Shown piece by piece: positions 33,015 to 42,650 of a stretch of DNA of 64,000 bases; within the stretch, counting starts at the first letter, position 1; each line of letters begins with the position of its first letter. The notes beneath the pieces were generated by a model. It was not told the origin of the DNA and searched no databases. It worked only from the letters and a program-made list of their open reading frames with translations. Source of the DNA: Microcoleus sp. (GTDB taxonomy: Bacteria; Cyanobacteriota; Cyanobacteriia; Cyanobacteriales; Microcoleaceae); assembly GCA_052279835.1 (NCBI GenBank), contig CP181291.1, forward strand, positions 3,040,001 to 3,104,000. Reading direction: 5' to 3'. The position numbers and the translations under genes were made by a program.

Positions 33015-33560
33015 ATGGCTATGGTAATGGCAGCCGTTTTATCAGAAAATGTTTCTCTAGAAGACTTTATAGCCAGTCCCCCCGACGATATGGAATGGGT
33101 GGATGGGCAAATCGCGGAGAAAAATGGCATGACAGTAAAACACAGTCGCATCCAATCCAGACTAGATTATTCTTGGAGAAGCTACAAAAATTCTAGCGGA
33201 CAAGGTGGCGAAGTCTATACGGAGGTTCCTTGTCGTACTGACAGGCGAGTACGCCGTCCTGATGTAGCTTATCTGACTTCTGAACTTGTTGATCAATATG
33301 GTGATGTTCCTACTTTTCCTCAAAGTCCGCTGTTAGTTGCTGAAATAGTTTCTCCGACTGATATTGCGGAAGATGTTTTTCTGAAAGCACAAGAGTATCT
33401 GGATTCTGGTTGTTGGGAAGTTTGGATAGTTTTTCCAGAAAGTCGGTGGATAATGATAATGACTCAAACTCAAAAGTTAGCGTTTAATTCCGGTGACGTA
33501 ATCAGCACTCAGTTAGTCCTACTGGGTTTTAGTGTTGCGGTTGATGAGTTGTTGGGTTGA
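33015..33560 (+). CDS. Uma2 (DUF820) family endonuclease, paralog of 29151..29696
   Basis: Same length (181 aa); shared SSGQGGE.Y.EVPCRT and AEIVSPTDIAEDVFLKAQEYL. Confidence 0.9.
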   Translation: MAMVMAAVLSENVSLEDFIASPPDDMEWVDGQIAEKNGMTVKHSRIQSRLDYSWRSYKNSSGQGGEVYTEVPCRTDRRVRRPDVAYLTSELVDQYGDVPTFPQSPLLVAEIVSPTDIAEDVFLKAQEYLDSGCWEVWIVFPESRWIMIMTQTQKLAFNSGDVISTQLVLLGFSVAVDELLG

Positions 33561-33782
33561 AAGGAAAAATTAGTTATTAAAAGATTCTAATATTTTGTAC
33601 AGCCTTGGACGCACTCATGGGCGTTATTGCAAAGTTTTGAGATTCTTGGTTTCACTCAGAATGACAAAATTACGCAAAATTTTGTAAATTTGCACAAAAT
33701 CTCGAATGGCGGTAAGATATTTATTGCTTTGTTGGCAGATATAACGTAAATTCCGATCGCCATTAAAACCAATAATCAAAAT

Positions 33783-34100
33783 ATGTCCAAGACTTACACC
33801 GTTGAATTACTTCACCAAGGCAATACCTACACCGTAGAAGTTCCCGAAGACAAACAAATTCTGCGCGCCGCCAACGCCGCCGGCATTGAGTTGCCAAGTT
33901 CTTGCAATGCAGGGGTTTGTACCACCTGTGCTGCTAAAGTTATGGAAGGCCAAGTCGAACAAACTGATTGCATGGGCGTTAGTCCCGATCTCCAAAAGGA
34001 AGGTTACGTGTTGCTATGCGTGGCTTACCCCCGATCGAACTTGAAGATAGAAACCGAAAAAGAAGATATTGTCTACCATCGCCAGTTCGGTAAACCCTAG
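33783..34100 (+). CDS. Plant-type 2Fe-2S ferredoxin with C-terminal extension
   Basis: SCNAGVCTTCAA and LLCVAYPRS. Confidence 0.93.
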   Translation: MSKTYTVELLHQGNTYTVEVPEDKQILRAANAAGIELPSSCNAGVCTTCAAKVMEGQVEQTDCMGVSPDLQKEGYVLLCVAYPRSNLKIETEKEDIVYHRQFGKP

Positions 34101-34165
34101 AATTAAGTTAAAATGGATACAATTACCGATCGCGGTATCACCATTCAAGAATTACGGACAAGCCT

Positions 34166-34369
34166 ATGACTACCCATTTCATTTCCGCAGAAGTCCACCT
34201 CCACGATACAGCCGAAGAACTCCACTCGGCGATCGAGATTGAACTGCAAAAGCACGGTGAACCCCTGCGCTGGGCTGTCACAGATGTTGATGTTGATCGC
34301 CAAAAAGCCGTGGTAGAAGGCTACGTCCTCCTAGAATCCGCCGTAGAACCATCCCTGGCAACAGCGTGA
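34166..34369 (+). CDS. Small conserved hypothetical protein
   Basis: GEPLRWAVT motif; GTGA overlap with the next gene. Confidence 0.75.
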   Translation: MTTHFISAEVHLHDTAEELHSAIEIELQKHGEPLRWAVTDVDVDRQKAVVEGYVLLESAVEPSLATA

Positions 34370-35517
34370 ACCGGCGTCCTTTGACAGTGGTGTTGATAGT
34401 TCCCACAGGCGTTGGAGCGTCCATCGGGGGCTTTGCAGGGGATGCCCTACCTGTGGCTAGGGCGATCGCCCAAATTTCAGATACCCTGATTACTCACCCC
34501 AACGTCCTCAACGGCGCTCAACTCTATTGGCCGATACCTAACGCTCTTTATGTCGAAGGCTATGGCCTTGACAAATTTGCACAGGGATGCTGGGGTCTAC
34601 AACCAGTACATCAAAATCGGATTGGCTTAATCCTCGATCGCGGCATCGAACCAGACTTGCAGTTGCGCCACTTGCAAGCCGTTGATGCTGCTAGAGCTAC
34701 ATTAGGTTTGAACATAACAGATTATGTTTTAACCGATGTTCCCCTGAATGTAGAATTGCGAATGTCGGAATCAGGGGCATCTTGGGGGACGATCGCCAAT
34801 CCAGACAGTCTATTACGCGCCGCCGAAAAATTAATTACCCAAGCAAAAGTAGAGGCGATCGCCGTTGTAGCGAGATTTCCTGACGACGCAGGCAGTCTCG
34901 CCCTCGCCAACTACCGCCACGGCAAAGGAGTTGACCCTCTCGCGGGCGCTGAAGCAGCGATCAGTCACCTGATTGTCAGAACATTTAAAATCCCCTGTGC
35001 TCACGCTCCTGCCCTGTTGCCGTTACCTCTCGATCCGCATCTGTCACCGCGATCGGCTGCTGAAGAAATCGGCTATACTTTCCTACCCTGCGTGCTAGCA
35101 GGGCTAAGCAAAGCGCCTCAGTTTGTCACCCTGGGAACCGCAGAGAGAGACACAGACAAAAACAGAAAGCATAGCCAATTACCAATTACCAATTACCAAT
35201 TACCAATTACTGCCGATCGAGTTGATGCGGTGGTGATACCCGCCACAGCCTGCGGTGGCAGTGCTATCCTGAGTTTAAGCGGGCGATCGGCTATACAAAT
35301 CATTGCAGTGGCCGATAACAAAACCCAAATGCAAGTTCCTCCAGAAAAACTCGGAATCAAAGCTTTGCAGGTAAACTCATATTTAGAGGCGATCGGAGTA
35401 TTGGTTGCTTTACGAGCAGGCATCACACCAGTTGCCTTGGGTGCAGACATTTCCCCCTTGCGGTGTTTGTCGGACTCAACTAAACAAATCTCAAATCTTA
35501 AATCTAAAATTGATTAA
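34366..35517 (+). CDS. DUF3326 family protein
   Basis: VPTGVGASIGGFAGDALP, THPNVLNGA, GVDPLAGAEA. Confidence 0.85.
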   Translation: MNRRPLTVVLIVPTGVGASIGGFAGDALPVARAIAQISDTLITHPNVLNGAQLYWPIPNALYVEGYGLDKFAQGCWGLQPVHQNRIGLILDRGIEPDLQLRHLQAVDAARATLGLNITDYVLTDVPLNVELRMSESGASWGTIANPDSLLRAAEKLITQAKVEAIAVVARFPDDAGSLALANYRHGKGVDPLAGAEAAISHLIVRTFKIPCAHAPALLPLPLDPHLSPRSAAEEIGYTFLPCVLAGLSKAPQFVTLGTAERDTDKNRKHSQLPITNYQLPITADRVDAVVIPATACGGSAILSLSGRSAIQIIAVADNKTQMQVPPEKLGIKALQVNSYLEAIGVLVALRAGITPVALGADISPLRCLSDSTKQISNLKSKID

Positions 35518-36114
35518 GTGGCAGAAAAAATTCCCGAAAATCCCGAATTTGAACCATTGACACGTACCCAAGTTTTAGTAGCAATGGGCGTGACAGCAAT
35601 TATATTGCTGGCGGTAGCTAAATTGTGGTTGCTATTTGGATCGGTATCGCTTTTGCCAGTCAAATTAATTGGAATTGACTTACTCAAAGGATGTACGATC
35701 GGATTAGTCATTTCCGGCGGTAGTGCGATCGTTTATCACCTCTGGCCCGGTTATCGGCGCAGTGCCAACGTTTACCTAGAAGTAGTCCTCAAACCCTTAT
35801 TTTGGCCAGATTTAATTTGGTTGGGATTATTACCCGGACTTAGCGAAGAATTGCTATTTCGAGGCGTGATGATGTCGGCTTTAGGATTAAATGCTACCGG
35901 TTTAATTTTATCCAGTTTTTGCTTTGGCATTTTGCACCTAGGAGGCATCGATCAGTGGCCCTACGCAGTTTGGGCAACTGCTGTGGGATTGTTATTAGGC
36001 TACAGTTTTTTAGATACTGGAAATTTGTTAGTCCCAATTTTAGCTCATATTTGTACAAATCTGATTTCAAGCTGTGTTTGGAAGTGGGAAAACCAAACAG
36101 CCAATCGATTTTAA
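35518..36114 (+). CDS. CPBP (CAAX/Abi) intramembrane metalloprotease
   Basis: EELLFRG, FGILH, H...N motifs; multiple TM segments. Confidence 0.9.
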   Translation: MAEKIPENPEFEPLTRTQVLVAMGVTAIILLAVAKLWLLFGSVSLLPVKLIGIDLLKGCTIGLVISGGSAIVYHLWPGYRRSANVYLEVVLKPLFWPDLIWLGLLPGLSEELLFRGVMMSALGLNATGLILSSFCFGILHLGGIDQWPYAVWATAVGLLLGYSFLDTGNLLVPILAHICTNLISSCVWKWENQTANRF

Positions 36115-36170
36115 AATTGTGTAACAGGCCCGAAAGCCTGTTCACAGCTTGGTATTTACCAGAGCTCTAT

Positions 36171-37457
36171 TTAACCGTTAACATAATAATTGCGCGTTCC
36201 CTTCGCATTCATCGCTTCTCCCAGTCGGTTTAACCCGTAGACGTAAGCAGCAGTTCTCATACAAACTGATAACTCCTGAGCTATTTTCCAGATAGCCTCA
36301 GTTTCTTCCACCATTTTATGCTTCAAGCGCTGATTAACTTCCTCCAGACTCCAATAAAGTCCGCTACGGTTTTGCACCCACTCAAAGTAACTAACCGTTA
36401 CGCCTCCAGCATTGACTAAAATATCAGGAATTACCTGAATTCCCCTGGCTTCTAAAATCAAATCAGCAGCGGAATCAATGGGACCATTAGCTACTTCAAA
36501 AATAAACTTAGCCTGAATGCTATCGACATTTGCTTCGGTGATTTGATTTTCCAAAGCCGCGGGAATCAACACATCTACATCTAAAGCTAAAATTTGCTGA
36601 TTAGTCAAAATTTCGTGTTCGACAATATTGCAAACAGTGCCTTCACAATAAATAGCTTTGATACCTTTATTCGAGTCTTTAAAACTGCGGATGCTGGGAA
36701 TATCCAAACCTTGTTTAGCATAAATCCCCCCTTGGGAATCGCTAACTGCCACAACTTTGTAACCTGCTTTCCAGAGTAGTTCTGCTATTTCTGCACCGGC
36801 ATTGCCAAAACCTTGTACTGCCACAGTGGTATTTTGAGGAACTAACTCATATTTTGCCAGAATATTTTCTAATACAAAAAAAGCCCCGGTTGCTGTAGCC
36901 GTATCTCGACCTAAACTACCACCAATTGTTACAGGTTTACCAGTCACAACCGCTGGACAAAGTTGCCGTTTAATGGTATTATATTGATCCATCATCCAAC
37001 CCATAATCATGGGATTTGTGTAAACATCAGGTGCGGGAATATCGATATCTGGACCAATGAAATCGGCGATCGCATCCACATAGCCGCGGCTCAATCTTTC
37101 CAATTCCAGTTTAGACAATTCCTTGGGATTTACAGTAATTCCTCCCTTGGCTCCTCCAAAGGGCAAGTTCAAAACTGCACATTTAAAAGTCATCCAAAAT
37201 GCTAAGGATTGCACTTCGTCCAGGGATACTTTGGGATGGTAGCGCACTCCTCCTTTGGACGGGCCTCTGGTATTGTCGTAGCGCACTCGATAACCTTGAA
37301 AAATTCGCAGAGAACCATCGTCCATCCGCACGGGAATTGATACAATTAAACTAGATTTGGGATATTTGAGCCGTTCGATCGTATCCTCGGAAAGGGATAC
37401 ATATTTTAAGGCTCGTTCTAATCGGCGGCTGGCATCAGTAAACAATGATTCAGACAT
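36171..37457 (-). CDS. gdhA: Glutamate dehydrogenase (Glu/Leu/Phe/Val dehydrogenase family)
   Basis: KGGVRYHP, FGGAKGG, DIPAPD, QGFGNAG, NAGGVTVSYFEW; probable start 37457. Confidence 0.93.
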   Translation of the reverse strand: MSESLFTDASRRLERALKYVSLSEDTIERLKYPKSSLIVSIPVRMDDGSLRIFQGYRVRYDNTRGPSKGGVRYHPKVSLDEVQSLAFWMTFKCAVLNLPFGGAKGGITVNPKELSKLELERLSRGYVDAIADFIGPDIDIPAPDVYTNPMIMGWMMDQYNTIKRQLCPAVVTGKPVTIGGSLGRDTATATGAFFVLENILAKYELVPQNTTVAVQGFGNAGAEIAELLWKAGYKVVAVSDSQGGIYAKQGLDIPSIRSFKDSNKGIKAIYCEGTVCNIVEHEILTNQQILALDVDVLIPAALENQITEANVDSIQAKFIFEVANGPIDSAADLILEARGIQVIPDILVNAGGVTVSYFEWVQNRSGLYWSLEEVNQRLKHKMVEETEAIWKIAQELSVCMRTAAYVYGLNRLGEAMNAKGTRNYYVNG

Positions 37458-37735
37458 AATTAAGAAGGAAGAAGGAATCGGAAATTCGGAAGCAGATTTG
37501 CTCAGCAATTTAACTTAATAATACTTATATACACTGACAACAGTCAACAACTTTGTCTCGATCGAATATCTGCAATCCCCAGCCACGAATTAAGCATTTA
37601 GACTTACAATAGACAGTAATAGTGAACTCAAAGCAAAGCTTGAGCTCGATCGCTTGCATCAAAGCCAGCCATTAGGGTAAGGAAAACCTGACATCGATCG
37701 ACTAATTAACTCACCTTCTTAACTAAATAATTATT

Positions 37736-38348
37736 ATGCTTGGACTCCTAGCTGCCCTCTCTGCGTCGGCGGCGGGGGGTATGAGAATTGCCATGCCCCT
37801 GCTGTTAATTGGTTTGTTACGCATCGATAAACTTTGGTCAGAAATACCTCTATTGTCGGGGCTTCACCCCCAAGTGGTGATAGCAATTTTGGTGAGTTGG
37901 TCGCTATTAGAATTATTTGCTTCTAAAACCTTTGTGGGACAACGGGTGTTGCAAATTGTGCAAGTTATTTTCAGCCCCATTGTAGGAGCAATTATGGCAA
38001 TTGCGATCGCTCAGGTAAGTTCCATCGACGAACTTGTTGCTCACCCTTGGATGCTGTGGATTATTGGTATTGTCGGAGGTTTGTTGGCTTTAGTGCTGCA
38101 ACTGGTGCAAGCAGGATGGCTTTATCGCCTGAAGGTGTTGCCGATTTGGCTGATTTTTGTTCAAGATGCTTTGTGTATTGCTTTGGTGTTATTTGCCTTT
38201 GATGCGCCGCGGCAAGGGGGATTGATTGCAATGTTGCTGCTGTGGCTGGCAATTCGCAGTTTCTAAAGAATGGTATCGCTGGTACAGGAGTCAAGCAACG
38301 CAAGGGTTATTAGGAAATCCCCGTCAAGGTAAACGCGATCCAGATTAA
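37736..38348 (+). CDS. DUF4126-like membrane protein; apparent +1 frameshift at 38260-38262 truncates the tail
   Basis: LSASAAGGMRIAMPLL; removing one T gives AIRSSKEWYRWY... ending at TAA 38348. Confidence 0.75.
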
Positions 38349-38360
38349 TTTAATGATTAG

Positions 38361-38493
38361 TTATTAGTTATTAGTTATTAGTTATTAGTTATTGGTTATT
38401 GGTTATTGGTTATTGGTTATTAGTTATTAGTTATTAGTTATTAGTTATTAGTTATTAGTTATTTGTTATTTGTTATTTGTTATTTGTTATTTG
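38361..38493. repeat. STRR heptamer array, 19 units
   Basis: (TTATTAG)4(TTATTGG)4(TTATTAG)6(TTATTTG)5. Confidence 0.95.
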
Positions 38494-38631
38494 CTACCAA
38501 TACCCAATTCCAAACTCCCAATTCTGTCCCCCCAAGGGGGGTGTAGGGGGGGAAGCTAGACCCGCTTCCCCTCCTGGGAGGGGAAGCGGGTGGGTATGAT
38601 TCCCCATCATCATTTTGTTAAGAAACCGCCT

Positions 38632-39795
38632 TTAAAGTAAGCCGATCGAATGTAAAGGGCCGCGACCGGTAATTAACTCCAGCAAGAGTGCCATAAAACC
38701 AATCATCGCCACACGACCATTCCAGACTTCCGCCCCCGTAGTCAAACCCCATTCCCACTGCTCTTGAGGGTACATCTTCACTTTCTTGGAAGGGCGTACC
38801 ACATCAGAGAACTTAACACTGGGAGATTCGAGGGACTCGATGACTAAATCAGCCAAAGCCTCAATAAACACCGGATGAGTATTCAGGGCCGGCACTCGGT
38901 AGAAATTTTGAATTCCCGACTCTTGGGCCAATTCTCGATACTCCATGTCAATTTCTTGCAGAGTTTCGATGTGCTCGGAAACAAAACTAATCGGAACTAC
39001 TAACAAATCTTCGACTCCATTAGCCGCCAGTTCGGTAATGGCATCTTCGGTGTAAGGCTTGAGCCATTCCACCGGGCCGACCCGACTTTGATAGGCTAGA
39101 GTGTGTTCGTTCGATCGATTCAAATGCTCCATAATCAGACGAGTGCAATCTTCTATCTCGCGCTGATAGGGGTCTCCAGCCTCTTCTACATAGCTGAGTG
39201 GGACACCGTGGGCGCTAAAAAAGATATGAACTCGATCGGAATTAGGAATATGGTCTAATTCCTGGGCGATCAATTCAGACATTGCCTGAATGTAGCCTGG
39301 ACGATGATACCAAGAAGGAATAGCAGTATATTCCATCTCATTGAGTTCTGGATCTTTTCCCCAGATTTCTTCTAGTTGTCGGAAACTAGAACCGCTGGTA
39401 CTGATGGAAAATTGAGGATACAGTGGCAAGATTGCCAAATGTTCGATCCCATCGTGCTTAATTTGGGCAATAGCCTCTTCGGTAAAAGGATGCCAGTAGC
39501 GCATCCCCACATAAACACGCGCATCTTTTCCCTTGGACTCCAAGAGCTTTTGCAGCGCTAGCCCTTGTTCGTCTGTGATGCGACGCAAAGGAGAGCCGCC
39601 CCCGATTTGGCGGTAGTTTGCCTGGGATTTCTGAAAACGCAGGGTTGAAATCAACCAGGCGAGTGGTTTCTGCAACCAGGGAAACGGCAGGCGAATAATT
39701 TCCGGGTCAGCGAACAAGTTGAACAGGAAAGGGCGGACATCCTCGATTTTATCGGGTCCGCCCAAGTTTAATAGCAATACTCCTACACGGCCCAT
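38632..39795 (-). CDS. hemH: Ferrochelatase with C-terminal CAB domain
   Basis: LLNLGGP, GGSPL, FSAHG, SEHIETL; tail [12 protein letters not shown]. Confidence 0.97.
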   Translation of the reverse strand: MGRVGVLLLNLGGPDKIEDVRPFLFNLFADPEIIRLPFPWLQKPLAWLISTLRFQKSQANYRQIGGGSPLRRITDEQGLALQKLLESKGKDARVYVGMRYWHPFTEEAIAQIKHDGIEHLAILPLYPQFSISTSGSSFRQLEEIWGKDPELNEMEYTAIPSWYHRPGYIQAMSELIAQELDHIPNSDRVHIFFSAHGVPLSYVEEAGDPYQREIEDCTRLIMEHLNRSNEHTLAYQSRVGPVEWLKPYTEDAITELAANGVEDLLVVPISFVSEHIETLQEIDMEYRELAQESGIQNFYRVPALNTHPVFIEALADLVIESLESPSVKFSDVVRPSKKVKMYPQEQWEWGLTTGAEVWNGRVAMIGFMALLLELITGRGPLHSIGLL

Positions 39796-39839
39796 AACGG
39801 TTACAGCTCTCTCATCGTCCAGTTCTGTTACTTATTTTA

Positions 39840-39962
39840 TTGACATACTCACCGCTCTGTGAGGGCGGTTACTCTTGACAGTTGACGGGGATGTGCTGCC
39901 GAGGCAGTCTTACCTTCCCTCTTTGTCCATTTAGAGTCGTGCCGATGCCCCATGCCGACTTT
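39840..39962 (-). mobile_element. IS200/IS605 (tnpB) right-end remnant
   Basis: Minus strand encodes KVGMGHRHDSKWT (recalled as a cyanobacterial TnpB tail), then subterminal hairpin ACCGC..GCGGT and terminal GAGTATGTCAA. Confidence 0.55.
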
Positions 39963-40030
39963 ATAATATAACTTCATAATATCTTAAGTCGATAGCAACG
40001 TATACATAATTTTGACTTTGGCAATAATTG

Positions 40031-41236
40031 CTAAACTTTCTCCTTAGCTGGCGGGACAATACCAATTTTATTTAAACCTGCATCAATATCCCTAAGTAAT
40101 TGAAAATCCGCCTCCGGCAAAAGGCTGACATCAGAGTGTTTTTCCAGAAAAGAAAATGCTTGCCGAAATTCACGAGAATTAGCTGCGACGGGACAATCAA
40201 AGTGACAGGGTATCACTCTTTCAAAATCCCAACTCGCCACTTGATGGACCCAATCCAGGGTTTCCTGGGGTGCGCGATTGAGAATCAAAGCTTGCAAAAT
40301 CGGTGCGACAAACAATCGCCCTCCTGACCGCAAGGCCTCAAACGATCGCCCCCAATCCGTTTTCCACTTGAAGGGAAACAAGCCGAAATAGGCTCTGGCA
40401 GAACGTTCATGGGCTTTGAGGGCTCCTGCTAATACAGATGACCACGATGGCACTTCCAACACGCTAGGACGAAAATACATGGCAAATAGAGCTATTCTCT
40501 GCCACCCTTTGCGCCGATTTTCCTGAGTTTCTGCCACGGGTTCCGAGGCGCTTTCCTTGGCATGAAATAATAAGGGATAAGAGTCGAGTTGGACGATCGC
40601 CGGTGGATTTTCAGGGATCGAAACCACAGAATCTGTTACCATCAGCGTGCGCGATCGCCTGTGAAATAGCGCCACTTCCGCAAACCAACCTAAGCGAAGG
40701 TCGATCGGACCTAGAATCGCCACATCAAATTGATCCGCAAAAGGCGCTTTGCTGCTGTCAGGGGAAAGTACAAAGGTGCGTTTAGCGGGAAAACCCAGCC
40801 AACTCAGGGGTAAATTCAGCGGAAAACTCCAATGCTGCGGGGCGACAAACACCAGGGCGGTGGGAAAACATCTAGCAAAGGGGCCGACAAAAACCTTGTG
40901 TTCGATGCCGGAAATAGTTGTCAGCAGGATATACTTAACCTCACCATGTTCTGCCACCAACTCGTTGAGCAAGCGGATACATTCAGGAGTAGGTGCCACG
41001 GGGGCGTAGACGAGAAGGCCTTCGGGTTCGAGTTTAATCACCGTCATCCGAATCGGGACAACGACGTAGAAAATGCCCTGAAGTTGGTCAAAAGTCCAGA
41101 TTGTGTCCTTAACGATTTCCTTGCGGATTGTCCGCCGCCTGCTGTAGGGATAGATGGGGACTAGGGGCCAAAAAGGCCAGGAAAAGTCCTTGGAATCAAT
41201 CTGTTCTGATATTGGTGTATCTTCGCCTGCTGTCAC
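40031..41236 (-). CDS. DUF4336 family protein
   Basis: WPFWPLVPIYPY, VPIRMTVIKL, SGIEHK, IPCHF. Confidence 0.85.
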   Translation of the reverse strand: MTAGEDTPISEQIDSKDFSWPFWPLVPIYPYSRRRTIRKEIVKDTIWTFDQLQGIFYVVVPIRMTVIKLEPEGLLVYAPVAPTPECIRLLNELVAEHGEVKYILLTTISGIEHKVFVGPFARCFPTALVFVAPQHWSFPLNLPLSWLGFPAKRTFVLSPDSSKAPFADQFDVAILGPIDLRLGWFAEVALFHRRSRTLMVTDSVVSIPENPPAIVQLDSYPLLFHAKESASEPVAETQENRRKGWQRIALFAMYFRPSVLEVPSWSSVLAGALKAHERSARAYFGLFPFKWKTDWGRSFEALRSGGRLFVAPILQALILNRAPQETLDWVHQVASWDFERVIPCHFDCPVAANSREFRQAFSFLEKHSDVSLLPEADFQLLRDIDAGLNKIGIVPPAKEKV

Positions 41237-41440
41237 GGAGAGACTCCTTCCAAATTGCTGTACGTGCGATCGAACTATAGCCGAAGCAAGAAGGAAGAAG
41301 GAAGCAGGAAGCAGGAAAATGCAATAAAAAGCAATGATTTAAGTAATTATAAACCTTTTTACTACAAACAACTTTCTCAAGTTTTAGGTAACTTGTCCTG
41401 ATATAATCATAAGTTCGCAAAATTTATCAACTTAGTAGCT

Positions 41441-42520
41441 ATGACACAAAACTACCGCATCACTCTTTTACCCGGAGACGGAATCGGTCCTGAAATTATC
41501 GCAGTAGCAGTAGATGTCCTGAAAATAGTCGGCAAACAATTCGACATCGGCTTTGATTTTCAAGAAGCTTTAATGGGAGGTGCTGCTATTGATGAAACAG
41601 GCAATCCACTCCCTGATGAAACCCTAGAAATTTGCCGCAACAGCGATGCCATATTATTAGCAGCCATCGGCGGTTACAAGTGGGATAATTTACCCCGCGA
41701 ACAACGGCCAGAAACGGGACTTTTAGGGCTGCGTGCCGGATTAGGTTTGTTTGCTAATTTGCGTCCCGCGACTATTTTACCTCAATTAGTTGATGCTTCT
41801 TCTTTGAAAAAGGAAGTTGTCGAAGGCGTGGATATTATGGTGATCCGCGAATTGACTGGGGGCATTTATTTTGGGAAGCCGAAGGGTATTTTTCAAACGG
41901 AAACTGGGGAAAAACGCGGTGTCAATACCATGGCTTATACCGAGTCAGAGATCGATCGCATCGGGCGAGTAGCTTTTGAGACGGCGATGAAGCGTGGGAA
42001 AAGGCTGTGTTCCGTGGATAAAGCGAATGTTTTGGATGTTTCGCAACTGTGGCGCGATCGCATAATTGCCCTTTCCTCAGAATACCCTGATGTGGAACTT
42101 TCTCACCTCTACGTTGACAATGCAGCAATGCAGTTAATCCGGTGGCCAAAACAGTTCGATACAATTGTAACTGGCAATTTATTCGGTGACATTCTTTCTG
42201 ATGCGGCAGCAATGTTAACTGGTAGTATTGGAATGCTACCTTCTGCTAGTTTGGGTGCCACTGGACCGGGAGTTTTTGAACCAGTTCACGGTTCTGCACC
42301 GGATATTGCTGGACAAGATAAAGCAAATCCGATCGCCCAAGTTTTGAGTGCAGCTATGATGTTACGATATGCTTTGAACCAACCGCAAGCCGCGACTAAG
42401 ATTGAGCAAGCGGTGGTGGAAGTTTTGGACCGAGGTTATCGCACTGGTGATATCATGTCAGAAGGCATGAAACTTGTCGGTTGTCGGGCGATGGGCAATG
42501 CCTTGATCGAAGTTTTGTAA
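41441..42520 (+). CDS. leuB: 3-isopropylmalate dehydrogenase
   Basis: [41 protein letters not shown]. Confidence 0.97.
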   Translation: MTQNYRITLLPGDGIGPEIIAVAVDVLKIVGKQFDIGFDFQEALMGGAAIDETGNPLPDETLEICRNSDAILLAAIGGYKWDNLPREQRPETGLLGLRAGLGLFANLRPATILPQLVDASSLKKEVVEGVDIMVIRELTGGIYFGKPKGIFQTETGEKRGVNTMAYTESEIDRIGRVAFETAMKRGKRLCSVDKANVLDVSQLWRDRIIALSSEYPDVELSHLYVDNAAMQLIRWPKQFDTIVTGNLFGDILSDAAAMLTGSIGMLPSASLGATGPGVFEPVHGSAPDIAGQDKANPIAQVLSAAMMLRYALNQPQAATKIEQAVVEVLDRGYRTGDIMSEGMKLVGCRAMGNALIEVL

Positions 42521-42650
42521 AGCAATAATTGTGTGTTGGGTAGGGGCGGGTTTTACTAATAATATATAACCCTCACCAACCATCTGTATCAACCCGCCCC
42601 ATACATCATCCAAATCAATTGTGGGTTGGGCGGGGGCGGGTTTTTAGCAT

